From contig NMRA01000274.1 of assembly GCA_002633005.1 (NCBI GenBank), positions 353,143-417,142 of the forward strand: a stretch of DNA of 64,000 nucleotides, in the 5' to 3' direction. The stretch is from Phoronis australis. Taxonomy: Eukaryota; Animalia; Phoronida. Positions within the stretch are counted from its first letter, which is position 1, and the number at the start of each line of letters is the position of its first letter. Position numbers and translations under genes: made by a program. The notes below the pieces were generated by a model. It made no database searches and was not told where the DNA came from. It saw nothing but the letters and a program-made list of their open reading frames with translations. This document shows, piece by piece, positions 10,611 through 47,470 of the stretch.

Positions 10611-13057
10611 ATAAAGAAGAAGAGTCATTGTTACACTACCAGTAGTATTTTGTCTTCAGAACGTGCAAAAGTTAGCGTGTTATACGCAGTTCATTTCAGC
10701 CAGCTGAATAAACTGACAATAAGCCTCGCATTTTTTTGAAGCCCATAAGCAGATCAACGATGAGTAAATAGTTTTGGATCCATTTGTGTTTCACGTAATT
10801 ATAAAAAATAACTGCTTAATCACATTACTAAGTGTAACTCCAAAGGATCAAAGCTGATGAAAATTCTTGCGTATGTGGCTACAAGCACATAAAACATCCA
10901 ACCAAAATAAACTGTTTATAATAAATCAACAAAACAAACAGTAAACAATAGCAACAAATACTGTTTGACTTACATTAGTATCTTATACATTTGATACCAA
11001 AACCCCATTAACTGACTTAGATGTTTTGCTTAATGTAAATGTTTCTCAAGAAGTCATTAATACTTCTTGTATTCAGTGACCCCTATGGTGGAAACACGGA
11101 ACTTCACTTTGCCAAATTTCTCAACAAAAGTATCTGTAAGATTTTTGTTATGATTTGTACTGTGTATGACTGCCCTAATACCAAATGGACAAAAGTTCCA
11201 TCACAACATGCAAAACATCGCGATCACTCAAACTAATTGTTTACCAGACAAATTGTACATGGGCTATCGAAAGACTAATATTTACTCATCAATTCAACAC
11301 GGCAATACTATGGCAAAACTGAATGTGAAACACTTTTAACACTATAGTCAAGTTCACTTCAGTAGCAAGTGTATGATTACACAAACTATAAAAAATAAGG
11401 TATCTACCATATATACAATAACATTTTTTTCTAATCATGCCAATTTGATAACTTAATTTTCATTCACTTCGCCAGATAGCAGTCGTTGAAATGTTAAGCC
11501 TCACAAGGACCGGCATATTAACCACTATTTACATCAACCTTTAGGCACAATTCCTCTTGTCAAACTTCCGTTGAGTGCCCCTTCTGTATATTGTCCAAGA
11601 CAGTTAGCCTCATACCAGGATCTTTGACCATAGTTGTGGCTGCCCTGCGTATAAGACTGGGAGATGGGTTTCGTGTAGCTAGCAATAAGTCTGGATGGCT
11701 TCCTGTGTCTGCATTTCCAAGTTTTTCTACAACAAAGGAACATGGACATCAAAACTGCCAAGTCAAAGCACAAATGTAATTATTATGAAAATAATCCACA
11801 CTGATGACCACCTCGAAGCCCTCATTGAACAATAACACACATGAATGGAGTTTCTGCAATATATTTTAAGCATCACTGTGAACACACCAATGCCGTAAAT
11901 TGACAAACGTAATGAACGGTTAAGCTTAATGGCTTGCATTCGTCTACATTGCGCAAGAATCGTTACATGGTGCCCCTGGTCAATGAAAATACTTTTGGCA
12001 GTTGTTTGTTGTAGCAGTGATGCAACATGGCTCAAAAAGGTTACTTCATTTCACACCTTACAAGGCTATGTTTGAGCGATTCATCACGATTTCTAATGAT
12101 GCTTATGTATTGCTGAGACTTCCTGGATAGTTCAATACATCTGAAATAATGACAAAAACCTGTCCAAGGAAGACTTTAAAGAAACTGCAATGTACGCAAT
12201 TCATTTGAGACTACATTTAATAATTGCCTCGCAGTTTCCTTGCCAAGACGGCATATTATTTCTGCAATACCAATGAATTGTCCAATTGACTTAAAGCAGC
12301 TCAAAAGTGACTTTAAATTTACTAGGTGGCACCAGTGTGAAAACGGTTCTACGTGCAGAAACGCAAGCATTTAGTCGCGTGGAACCATCAGGCCACAAAT
12401 GCTCCTTTGTTGATGAACTGCTTTCTGCTCTCAATTTATACAGGTGTTGAAATCAGGAACCATTATTGATTAATGCTACCAGGTGAAAAGTCTCCCGATT
12501 TAACATTCCTTTTGACTTTATAATGTCTTAAAAGATCTGCTCGAGGAGGTAAATTCTATCTCGATGTGGAAAGGTTTGAGGAATTGAGACATGTCATGAA
12601 TGACTGATTATGATTAATCTGGTTCATAATTTGCATTTGACGTAGTAGATAGAGAGGACACGCAAGATGCACAGTGATATTTCAAAGCCATCTTTTGACA
12701 AGAGTATGGCGTCAAGCAGAGAACGAAAGCAGAATAAGGTGGATACAGCTAAATGATACAGCCTGAAAAGAATAACGGCTACATTTAAATCAAAATTGTT
12801 TTGCTTCGTGCGACTGACTATAAAATATTTCATTTGTAATTTGACAAAAGTATATTTTACAGTTGCCAAAACGAAATCAGGCACAAAAATTGGCACATCC
12901 CAACACTTGCCAATCTCAAAGAATTGACAATATGACGAGGGATCAAAAAATTTTTAATACCACCTCATTACTATGGAACCAATGATACTCATTTCCTCTG
13001 TATAAAACAAAATAATAAAGGTCACTTTTTAAAGAGAAACTGTCTTTAGTATCAACA

Positions 13058-36466
<23,409 letters not shown>

Positions 36467-37077
36467 TATTAGGGCTATTAAGCAAGCAACAATAACAACA
36501 ACAGCGCTTCAGCTCGATCTCAAAACTCCGATAGTCAATTGAGGAAGTGAAGACGACCTGTGCGGAATACTCTCGAACATTCTCGTTTCGTACGAATAGG
36601 CCTACCAACAAAAGGACAATAGGTTTGTGAATGGTCGCAGTTGTGACTAACGAGAACTGAAGGAACAGCCGAGTTTGTTTCCGATCGCGCGACTCATCAT
36701 ATTTCGTTTCATATCTGACAAAAGAATTGTTATTGTTGCTTCAGCTGTAAATACGCCATATTTGTTGGAGCAAAAAAAAAGAATGCGTCCCACAGTGGTA
36801 TTTCTTGTACAGATTTTTCTTGTTTTGTATTTTTCCGTACCGATGTAAAATAAACGTTTTACTTCCTGCTTTTACTAATAAAGAACTGAAACTGAGAATA
36901 ATATATCAGAACAACCCTGACTATGACACCAAGAAAGTCAATATGACAGTCGAAACTGAAGGTATAGCCTGAGGCAATTTGAAACTGATCAACCACACTT
37001 TCTATTTCGAAGAATAAATAGAAAACATTGGCCTATATTTTACTGATCAGTTCCATTCTATAGTTTTGTAGATACTC

Positions 37078-37204
37078 CATGCGCGCACCTAGGGGGTACT
37101 ACCGTTTTTTTTTTAGTCCGCCCGCTCTTTTGTTAGCAAAAGGTCCACAGCGACAGGAATTCGAGCCCCCCATATTGAAGGCTGCGCTGCTGGGTGCGCA
37201 CATG
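37078..37204. mobile_element. Short MITE of the CATGCGCGCACCCAG family, 5-bp TSD (TACTC)
   Basis: tactc|CATGCGCGCACCTAG...CTGGGTGCGCACATG|tactc. Internal blocks are shared with 35158-35419. Confidence 0.85.
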
Positions 37205-40099
37205 TACTCGGTGCATCGTAATCGAGTCCCTGCCACGGCACTCAGACGGGACAGTCGGTCTGTAAAATTTAGTCGTGGCGCCATATATTGGTGTGGTTGG
37301 AATAGCTTGAAAAATCACCGCCCAGGCTCCTCAGTCGAAAATACCTTTCACGCCGACACCCGGCCGGCAATCGATCGGTCACGCCTCCCGTCGTCACAGA
37401 CGCTGCTCAAAACGGCCCTCCCATCGGCACCGAATCAGTTTGTGCGCCCCAGTCATTTGTGCCGTCGTTCCTTTGTCTGTGCCTATTAGAGCGGTACCAT
37501 GTTTTTTTTCAGTGGCAAAAAATGAGCTACCGCGGCAGTAGAGTATGAGAGGGGGAGGGGGGGGGGCGTTGGTNGGGGCGTTGGTCAGCCTGGCACGGTA
37601 ACCGTCGGCAGGGAAACTAGGGCGGGACAGACGACTAGGTGTGGCACATATAGACTTAAGGCAAATCTCTCCTCATGAAGATGTTTTTCGGTTCCGTGCA
37701 AGGCACACAACCAAGTTAGCTATCGCCGTTATCACACAGAGTTTTGGGAACTCACCCAGTAAAGGAGGGCACAACGTGGTAAATGTGACCTATGATTTCT
37801 GATTGATAAAAACTTGGTGACCGCTTTTGTTGCAGCGTCTCTTGTTTATTTTTACACCGTATAATTAAATTATCAGAATTATCAAAAACGATTGTGTGTT
37901 ACATTGATTGTCATGAATAATTAGGTTGTCTTTTGAAACAACTCGATATTTTGACTAAATAATTGTTTTTTCTCTTTAACTCGCGAAACCCAACGTCAAT
38001 CGCGACCGAAGATCCGACAGGAGAACGTACGTGGCGAATGACACACAAATTCTCCATGGTATGACATCAGGTTAAAAAAAATCAACGAAAAATCCACACA
38101 TTGAAGTGTCGTAGTTGGGGAGCTCTGATCCTCATCTTACAATATTGTGCAAAAACAAAATTATAGTCCTTCGTGTTTTGCTTACTACCATTCACCATCC
38201 ATTCATACAATAATTACGGTACATTACGGTACATTACGGTTCATTTACAATAAATGCAATATGCCCTGTCAGGCCAATACAGACATATGTACAACTGTTT
38301 CAGGAGCTTTACCTAAACAAATGTATTCCATTTTTCCATAAACCTGCCCTCCACTTTCACCGTCATGTACTAGCATATGTATATTTCTATGGACAAAGCA
38401 ATCTTATGTTTCCTTTTTTAACTTGATCTGTATAGAGATCAAGGTTTTACGCCTTCTTCTCAAAATTGTACAATATTTATACCAAGATCTACACGGCGGT
38501 GAGTGCTGGGTTTACTCTCTGAGAGCCATGGCCAGCACATGTTTTATGGGGAGCATTTTTTTGCAACAGAGATCGTCTAACTTCCCTTGAAAACACTCTC
38601 TTATTCACATATACTTCGAAACAGTCAGAAAAAAATTGTTACGTATAGATATCCGGAGCAAACTGGTTCAGATTTTTAAATTCAGGAAAACTCCATTTCA
38701 CCAGAGATCTGTCGCTCTCTTTTCCGATATTTTGAAATTGTATTATCAGTTTATATGAATTGGGAACCCGATGGAGAGGAGCCAAGATGATAGCATCAAT
38801 TGCAGCTCATTTCTTGTTTTTGAAATAACATAATAGACAAACGTGAGATTTCGATCTCACCTAAGTTTTAGCGACATGAGGGGATTTTATGACCGTTTAC
38901 AGTTTAAATGCCTAGCGGATTAAGGCGTTAAGTCACATGCACTGGCAATCGTAAACAAAGATTTCTGCAATTTTAGAATGCACGTTTAACTCACAAATTG
39001 TAACAAACTATCACTGGAATGAACCAAAATTTACAGTAACGTTGATATATTTAGTATATTTTGAAAATTTCTTGGGGAAGGCCCCCAAATCCATGGTCTT
39101 TGGTCAAGTTTTGTATGACGGACGTTTTTGTTTATGCAAATGAATTCCCGTGCAAACTAGGTGTTTGTTTCACGAAAGGTCAGAAATATGGTCTTAGGAT
39201 TTAGACAATTAACAAAAACACAAAGACTTTGAAAATGTACCCATAGCTGCTAGTTATTGAGATAATTTGCATAATTTATATCTGGGTTGTGATGTGGTAG
39301 TTCAGTATTTTTGAATAAACCTTGATTCAGTGGTTCGAGACTTAAGACTTACGAAATTTGGTCTTATGCAAAGGTTTATCTGAGTAATTATGAACGCATC
39401 ACAGTCCAGAAATAATTCATAGACATTATCTCACAGCTTAATAATGCAGCAGTTTTGCTCAAGTGAAATTTAATTATCGTTGACTCAAGAAAACGCTGCA
39501 GAGTTTATTGAGGTAAGAAATGTTATGAGACCAATTTTCGGTTTTTTAGCCAACTAAACAAGGCGAAATACAGCTTCAACTCAATATATTGTTGTCAAAC
39601 AACGTCACGGCGGTCGAGCTTATTTTCTCATGGATTCATTGGTTTCTGATTCATCTAAGAAAGGGGACTGATTCATAGACGATTTTTGACAATTAGAAGA
39701 CAATCTTTTATCAAGAATTTGACGATGCTTCGGGAAAATGTCTTAACATCCGACACGCAACAGAAAAAAGAACATCAGATGCTTTTTGCCAATCTGGAAT
39801 AACCCTATCAGAAATTAGTGTTTAGAGAAATATTTGACGAGGTTGATGTTCAGCTTTCTAGCTTTTCCCCAGCGAGGGGGAGAGCCATCAGAAACTTGGG
39901 TACCAAGGGATTTTGAAACTGTAGCTCTAGAGAAACAGTGACCCTTGCAACTACGCTCATTCTACTAAAGTGCAGATTGCTCAAGCTGCATCTTTAAGAT
40001 GTATTTGCATGCTCTTAACTATGCTAAAGTAAAGCAGGGACTAAACAACAATGCTACTTGAACATCATCTACGCTAAACAAAGTGCAGTTGTATTCAAT

Positions 40100-40930
40100 G
40101 ACAACTCGTAAATCTTAAATTTGATAGTTTTGTGCCAATCCAGTACAAGAGAGGTCTAGTCAATTGCTTGTTACACCGTGCCTGGAGAATCTGTTCCACC
40201 AATTTAAATTTTGATAGTGACGTAGCCAGGATTTTCCAGTTATTGCGTGCCAATGGTTAACCTCTGAATTTCCTGAATAGCTGTAAACGACACTTTCTTT
40301 CAAAAATGAATGAGGCAGATAAGGTAGCTATTATTGGACCCGAAAAAAAGAAAGTTTTCTTTTCTCTTGGTTACACCGGGCCAAGTAGTATAAAATTGAA
40401 ACGTCAATTATCTCGCCTTATTCATTGCATAGACCCGGCCGTTGTTTTCAAACCTCTTCGGAAACTTTCCAATATGCTGTGTAAACTGAAGTCACCCATC
40501 CCTTTATTGAACAAGAGCAATGTTGTGTATAAGGTTGAATGTGACAACTGTAAGGAATTCTATATCGGACTCACACAGAGACGCCTCTGTGACAGGTTGA
40601 AAGAACATCACACCTCAGAGAAAAGTAACATGTATAGGTACCGTGTTAGCAACAATCACCAAGGTAATTCAGTTAGTATTATCTGCAGAGAACCTGTACA
40701 TTAACAGTCATCGGCCATTCCGTGAGAACCAGCATGCCACTGATTCTCTGAATAACATGCAGAGCTCAGTGACCCTGCAACTGTGATGACCAGCTACTGA
40801 CTATATTCCTTGTATCTCTCACTGCACTTTATGGATGTTACCTGAGCTGTATGTTGGAACTTGTTGTCCTAAATTGTTGTAAATATGATCCTAATGATGT
40901 CTAATGAAAAGACGGAACGTTGAATTGAAA
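40100..40930 (+). mobile_element. Penelope-like retroelement remnant (GIY-YIG endonuclease region plus degenerate hammerhead end); may extend upstream to about 39350
   Basis: ORF 40306-40704 contains NKSNVVYKVECDNCKEFYIGLTQRRLCDRLKEH, the VVY-CxxC-YIG-T-R-L-R-EH signature of PLE GIY-YIG endonucleases. Downstream, cCTAATGAtgtct-aatgaaa-agacGGAACgttg (40890-40922) is a mutated CUGAUGA/GAAAC hammerhead. Confidence 0.85.
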
Positions 40931-43398
40931 ATGAACTTTTTTATTTGTGCGGCGATCGTCCGGTTTTTAAACTTGTAAATGTGAAAACAAAAAATTCTGC
41001 AAATATGTTACAATTGCACTAATGACGTACCTTGGGGGGCTCACATAAGCCGCATCACGCAGTATTATTCCTCAACACCACGCCACGATACTTAATGGAT
41101 ACGGTTGAGTGATTTACGGCGGATCATTTTCGACACAAAACTCGTTCTCAAAAACATTTAGGAATTTTCAACCTACTTCATGTTTACATCATCTCTTTGT
41201 GTTGTGTTTCTAATTAATTTGACTAAGAAATCACGGAGATTAGGAATTAGCATGAATATTAAATTTAGGCCTCTTTTTCACTCATGGAAGTAGATGAAAC
41301 TTTTACCGAAGTTTCCAGGACGATGTTACGTCTGCTCAATTCTGAGGTGATGATATCTCTGCCCGGATTTCGCAGCTCGTAAAAACGAGTTTCTTTTTTG
41401 CGTTTACTTCCGTAAAGAGAGATTTTGGGAGGACATATTTTGGCACCATAATAAAGCGAATTTCACGAAAATATCCGCTAAGACCAAAATCCCACTCTTT
41501 AAATGTGTCTAAAAATTTACCCTTTCTCGTAAATTTTTGTTGAATCATGGGTGCCTAAGTTTCTGCAGTGGCTAAGTGGCTCTATCGAGATTTAACCCCA
41601 AACAGTAAAATTCACGAGGTGTACAAAATTGGCGTCGCGGAAGTGGTTGAAATTTGGGCCCACTTAGACAAGGGATGTGGCGATATCAAATTAATTTGTG
41701 TCCTCCCCTATACCTTCCTACGAACCTGGGTACAGTTCAATAGCCGTCTCGCGGCGAGAAAAATCTAGCCAAAATAACGTGCTCTCATTGAAAATACCCG
41801 GCAATATCTTGCGTAATTTCGCGAAGTCTTGCTAAGTTTACACCGGAAAGTAGTAAACATTTCTTTCCTTATTAGGAAACTTACATAGTTTACTAGTTGA
41901 ATTTAATTTCGGATTTTCAAAAGCTGCAAGGAATACATTGCATATAAATCACATTTTTATTTTATTAATGTTATTATTCCGCACATAGTCATTTATGCGG
42001 TGTGCCCTAACATGTATCTTATAAACAGAACAAAGACAAAATGTGCGTGTATCTACAAACTATTAAGCCAGCGCTACACGTAGAGTGACCTGGCGTGTAA
42101 GTGAAAAATGATTAAAACTCACTTGAGCAAAAGAACAAAATATTTAAGAACATACCCATAACAGCCACTTACTGAGAAAATTTGAACAAACTATTTCCAG
42201 ACCTGAGTAATATGCTAATAATTACATGACTAGACCTTCATTTGGTAATTGCGAAGCGACACCGTACGACCAAATTTCAGTTTAAAGTCTCACTTTTCAA
42301 GAGTCAAGACCCCTGATTCTGGCGTTCCGAGAGGCAGCAACGTGACAGCGTATCAACTTATTCGCCAAACACTGTCTCGAGTAATAACAAACTGTCAGTT
42401 CATTGAAGATCAAAAATCAATCAGATTTGAAGATCAAAAATCAATTAGATTTCTTCTGAGTAAGAAACAAAGTGAGACTAGGTTATACCGGTAATTGGTC
42501 TAAATCAAAAAGATATTTTCTTCGAAGGAACGCGAGTTTATTGCTGCTGAAGTGACAACTCGTGCCCTTTTGTTGGGAGGGCTAAGCTTCATTTCCCAAC
42601 TGTACATGGTTACACTATTGGCTATCTTGTTCACCAAACAATAATTAATTTCACCATTCACGTATTCCTCCGATTCTTTGACACAAGTTACTAGCGAAGG
42701 AGAAAATGGGTGATTATGACACCAATAATTACAAAAATTCCCGACAGTGAAGTGTATCCGATTGCGGAAATGAATATTCACGCATACGCAATCTTGAGAA
42801 TAAGCAGGATTTCAAGTTCACGCACAGTACACGTATATTGACCACTTTGTGCCTGGTGTTGTCTATATGTGCTTAAAGAGGGCGCTTGGGTTACCTGGCG
42901 TCGATTTTTGGGAGGGGGGAGAGCGGGGTCGGGGTGCACTTGCCCCCAAATAATTTGCAGGCGTCAGTATGAAACAGCGACGACTGGCATGGGGCGGCGC
43001 GAGGTCGCGGGAAGTCGAGAAAATAAAAACAACCACACACAGCGAGAAAATTTAACGGAACATGTCAACCACCAACGCTGGATTCTGGGCAGGACATTTT
43101 TGTTAAGTTCTTTTGTGACATATATTGTCGCATTCGACACATATTGTCGCCCGGGCAACAAAATATGTGGAGTGTGACAATTTACGTCGCAACAGGCCCT
43201 ACTTTTTTGCAGTGGGGCCCACAGATAGCCTTAACGCACCTGAAAATGTACTCGTAATTATAAATCGTTCGAAACTTAATTAATCTGAGCATACTTAATA
43301 CTGGTATGCAAAGATTTTCCAGAGAAAATTGATTTAGATTTCTTGATTGAAGATGACAAGTTTTAGCGAATACAAATATGCATTCAGTCTCCCGCTGT

Positions 43399-43731
43399 GT
43401 CGGGTTGCATGAAACATTTCCAAATAGGGACTCAACTAAGTTCCCTAAATCTTTTGCCTACTTGTGTCTTTGTTTACTCACAGATGTAATCTTTTTCTAT
43501 CATCTCATCTTTATTATGAGCTCCTCTCTGACAAATGAAATTTTCTAATAACTTAACTAAAAACTGAGCCCAGAATTCAATGAAAATAAATAAGGAATTA
43601 GTCCTTAAGTTGGGAGCATTGCATGAAAAGATCCCTATTTATTTTTGATGAGAATTCAACGTCAAGTTCAATCTCGATTTGTAGCAAAACCGAAAATTGA
43701 CTTAGTTGAGTCCTTTTTCATGCAACCGGGC
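43399..43731. mobile_element. MITE with GGTTGCATGAAA inverted ends
   Basis: gtcgggttgcatgaaa...gggactcaactaagt is inverted as acttagttgagtcc...tttcatgcaaccgggc. Confidence 0.65.
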
Positions 43732-44976
43732 ACTAGGACCTCTCTCTAGCAAGGGATATCGAGGGCACTAGTCCTCTGTCGCTTTCTCTGTTTTCCGTTT
43801 TCTTTGAAATTGTTTGTTATAAATTGGGAACCTGACACGGAGGTGCTCTGACGATAGCATCAATTACATTACCTGTTTTTGAAATTATGCATCTTCCCGT
43901 ATTTAGGTGCCCAGCCCCAAGAAGGGATTCATTGATCCGTAGCCACACTTTTCCTGTTCTTCCACATCTTTTCCCACTCTCGGACGCGGGTCCTCTTTTC
44001 CTGTTTTCATGAAATCGTACAACCTTTTATGCTAAGAAAGTTCACCTCTTTGAGGTTCACCCGATGATGGATATCTATCACTCTTTTCTCGTTTTTTATT
44101 GATAAAGCATTTCTTGAAAAGACTCTTCGATCGGGCGGGATCCTCTCTTGGAGGGATGACCCCTTTGTCGCCAGCACTGTAAACTATGCACGAAGTGAAG
44201 TAGACAAAATTTGAAATTGGCCCAGAAAACCACAGAACAGGTTCATGTAACGAGCGTAACTTCACGACACGCAGTTCAAACAACTGAAGTGTGAGATTGA
44301 ATAAAAAATGCCATTAATCGTCATCTTAGGATTGAAGAAATTGAATACTATTTGCGAATTTCACGGCTATATTATTATCGATGATTTTATAACGATAAAA
44401 ATATTGATACTTTACCCAAAGATTTTCGAGAATAGCGTCTCTTTTGAAGGTTGTTGTTAGACACGAATATTCGTAGGAAACTTGCACGTGTCTAAATTAG
44501 ATTGCTCTTCATCGTCAGTCCTTTTTAATAGTATGATTCTACAAATTTTAAGCTATGGTGCAGAGATTTGGGGTGTCTCAATTGTGAATTTTATAGAAAG
44601 TGTTCGTAACGATTTCTGCAAGTAGGCCTTGCGACTAAACAAAAAGACGCCAAATGTCATGACAAGGAGAGAGTGTGGTAGATATATTGTACACTTACTA
44701 CATATTTAAGCCTGGTGTTTACTGGGCAAGGCTGCTTCAGATGAAGCCTCATCATAGATATTCAATTCAGAGTTGCGATATGTAACGGCAAGAACGTTAG
44801 GACGGCTGCAGGCACAACTGGGCACATTCTATATCTACGGGTTCCGTTCATAATTTCGCCAAAGAGTAATTGACTGTGGTGTACAAAATTGGCACTCTTT
44901 AATTACTAATTCGACCAAATATCCATTCTATTCTACTATAAAAACGGAACTACAGTGTGAGAAATACCTGTACGCG

Positions 44977-45611
44977 CATAGGCGGATTTAGGGGGGGGGG
45001 GGGNCGATGAAAAAACAGAAGCTGCTGATAAGATGTGAATTTTAATCGAAGCCTTAGTAAATCACTCAGAAACTCGCAATACTCTCTTTGTCAAACCTTA
45101 TCTTAAGACGATTTCCAAAGCAATCCCGTAATTATTGCCAACACGAAAAACGGATTTGGTCTTTTGGGCATTTGAAGACTATTTTAAATACGACAAATTT
45201 GTTAAGAATTGATGGCACAAAATATAAAACGTGTAATAAGCATTACAAAAAGAAGTAGGTTTCGCGCGCAAACGCTGTGGACCATAAACAAGTAGGTCTC
45301 TCAGTGGTGGTGTAGTGGTTGTGCAAGCGCGCTCTAATCGTCAGGTCGTGAGTTCGAATCTTTGATCCTGTTTGATACGTACTCCGCTTTTTTTGCCTTT
45401 CTTTCTTGGATAATACTTCAGGAATCAAGGAAAATGCTTGATTTTTAGAGGTAAAAACAGAAAATTTCCTAGACGGAAGGGGGGCAAACCCCCCTCCCGA
45501 CCTCCCCCCATTCGGTGCTATGCGCATCTACAATTGTGGTTCCCTTTGCGCAAATGCTTACAGCCGGACAAAATGTTGGGCCCCCCTTGTGATATCCTAG
45601 ATCCGCCACTG
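44977..45611. mobile_element. MITE (GGCGGAT-type TIRs) with 5-bp TSD ACGCG, carrying a tRNA-like segment
   Basis: acgcg|CATAGGCGGATTTAGG...CCTAGATCCGCCACTG|acgcg. Confidence 0.8.
45297..45395 (+). mobile_element. tRNA-derived SINE head or tRNA pseudogene with Pol III boxes
   Basis: A-box TGGTGTAGTGG (45308-45318), B-box GAGTTCGAATC (45350-45360) and a T7 terminator-like run at about 45388. No intact acceptor stem. Confidence 0.55.
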
Positions 45612-46552
45612 ACGCGGGTCTTATCGAGGATGAGAGAATTTGTGGAAGATGTAATACTGGTCAAATTGAAAACGAGATTCAAGTTTTATGTGTCACTGGT
45701 CCTTGGTGATGTGCGCAGAAACTTGCTGACGAATGTGACAGATGATGCCAGAGTAGTTAGAATATTTCAAATCCACTAAAAAGCCTGGCTCCACATACTT
45801 CAAGAGCAACAATGCTAAGAGCTGGAATTTTATCGTTGTAAAGTTGTTAAGTAAACTGCACATACAATAAACATTTCTGATTCCGATCCTGCACGTGTTG
45901 ATCAGATTCGGGTTTTCTTATGACTGTGTACATTGTACATGTCTAACGAAGGCACTCCAAACACATTTGCAGCACTAACAACCGTAAACAAAAATTTCTG
46001 AGATTTTTAGAGTTCAAGTTTAAGTCTTAAACTATAACAGGCTACCACTTGAATGAACCAGAATTCACATGAATACAAATAAATTCTGAAAATTTCTTGG
46101 GGAGGGCCTTCCCAACATCCTTGGGATCCCCCGCCTCCCTTGCTCTCCCGGTTGCCATGAATGATAATTTAAAAAAAAAAACAAACAAATTTGTTTGTTT
46201 TACGATATGAGCTAAACTCGTGGTTAAAATACCATCGGTTTTACTGCTAAAAACGCATTTTTGGAATTATTCGTGCGTCGGATAGACTTCTTGAAGTTAT
46301 CAGCTCGAACTAGAGCCATAAAAGAACACAGTCCGTCGCCAATTTTAGTCTTTCTTTGCCAGACACTCACTGAAACCCGAACTGAAGGTCGATGCGCTTA
46401 AATATTACGCCTGCATTTATCGAGCAGAATAGTAATAACTGAGTTAGCGCTGCGGCTGGTCTCAGAAAATCTCGCCTACTAATGATCCTCAAAAAATCAC
46501 TGGCTGTAAACAATTAGTCATCATTAACATATACGGGACCGAGGTCAAATTC

Positions 46553-46921
46553 CTGTGCTTGAACTTGGAACTCCGCTTGATCTGAAGATCGCGCATGCGT
46601 GAACTTGGCAACATGGCAAGTTCATGCAACCAAATAATCACGTTCACGTGCACTGCATTAATAAGCGAATTACATGTTAATGAAATGCTAATAAACTTTT
46701 ATTGTTTTTTTTTCAACTATTGTGGATCTTATTCACCAAACAATAATTGGGTCGTTCACATATTCTTTCTGGTAAATGACAAAATGGGTGATCGTGGGGC
46801 CTATAATTACCGTCACTGAACAAAAAATGTCACCTTTTTGCTTCAGTGAATATATATTCTTTTCGGAGTTCACACCTACGCGATCTTGAGATTTAGCAGA
46901 ATTCAAAGTTCACGCACAGCA
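46553..46921. mobile_element. Non-autonomous TIR element (same family as 3465-3865)
   Basis: ctgtgcttgaacttggaact...aagatcgcg..gcgtgaact is inverted as agttcacacctacgcgatcttg...aagttcacgcacag. Confidence 0.65.
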
Positions 46922-47091
46922 TAACCTTTGTAATTCCTGAAACTCGACTCGAAAATTGACCAATATAATAATAAACTTACAAATCTACTCCTCTGATTAT
47001 AACTGCCGAGTCTGAAGCTGAGCCGAGTTTGGGCCCAGTATGAGAGAACGCTCTCTCTTTCACCATAGTCCGACTACAACATATCCTTATT

Positions 47092-47470
47092 CATGGGCGG
47101 CGCAGCAGTGAAAAAAGTGGGGGGCTAAAGCTCCCTCAGCTCCCCTAGCTGTGGTGCACCGCCTATAGACCACGTGCACGCACCCAGAGGGGCTCGGGGG
47201 GCTCGAAGGAGCCCCCCATTTGGCGAAAAGGTCCGCTCCTGAGAGAAAAAAGTCCGAAAAAATGGGACAAAATCCATCAAATAAGCGCAAACGCGCAATT
47301 CACAGTGGTGCTCCCGTTTTTTTTTCTAGTCCGGCCGCCCTCTCTTTGCTAGCAAAAGCTCCCCCATACTGAAGGCTGAGTGCGCGCAAGGACTATGTGC
47401 GACCTAGCACTGAAAAAAGTGGGCGGCTATAGCCCCCCAGCCCCCTATGTGCGGTATGCCGCCCAATATG
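47092..47470. mobile_element. Cluster of GC-rich MITEs: CATGGGCGGCGCA-ended copy (47092-47167), CATGCGCGCACCCAG-family copy (47173-47390), and a partial third copy
   Basis: The middle element is flanked by gacca/gacta and shares its interior with 35158-35419. tgaaaaaagtggg..gcta..gc.ccc.cagc occurs on both sides of it. Confidence 0.7.

Larger units (their letters stand above)
44521..45850 (+). mobile_element. Non-LTR retrotransposon (RTE-X/CR1-like) ORF2 3' remnant, interrupted by a MITE
   Basis: 44521 onward: LFNSMILQILSYGAEIWG..FIESVRNDFCK*ALRLNKKTPNVMTRRECGRY. About 44880 onward: QNWHSLITNSTKYPFYSTIKTELQCEKYL. After the MITE (45617 onward): ERICGRCNTGQIENEIQVL, a C-terminal zinc-knuckle-like motif. 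Confidence 0.75.

Noticed and set aside
12624-12762. Alternative PLEKHD1 last exon (AVSTLFCFRSLLDAILL...)
   Set aside because: The stronger acceptor gives an immediate stop, and the other gives a hydrophobic tail unlike PLEKHD1. 13101-13058 is preferred, though neither is proven.
37079-37489. 136-aa ORF, and similar ORFs at 35085-35623, 45243-45779 and 47087-47290
   Set aside because: These lie in GC-rich MITE sequence where stops are rare, and they have no recognisable domain.
37560-37590. ggggcgttggt duplicated around an 'n'
   Set aside because: Contig-join artefact next to a poly-G tract. The 'n' at 45004 also follows a poly-G run.
45297-45395. Functional tRNA gene (also 34853-34927)
   Set aside because: A and B boxes are present but the cloverleaf stems are not intact, so it is treated as a SINE head or pseudogene.
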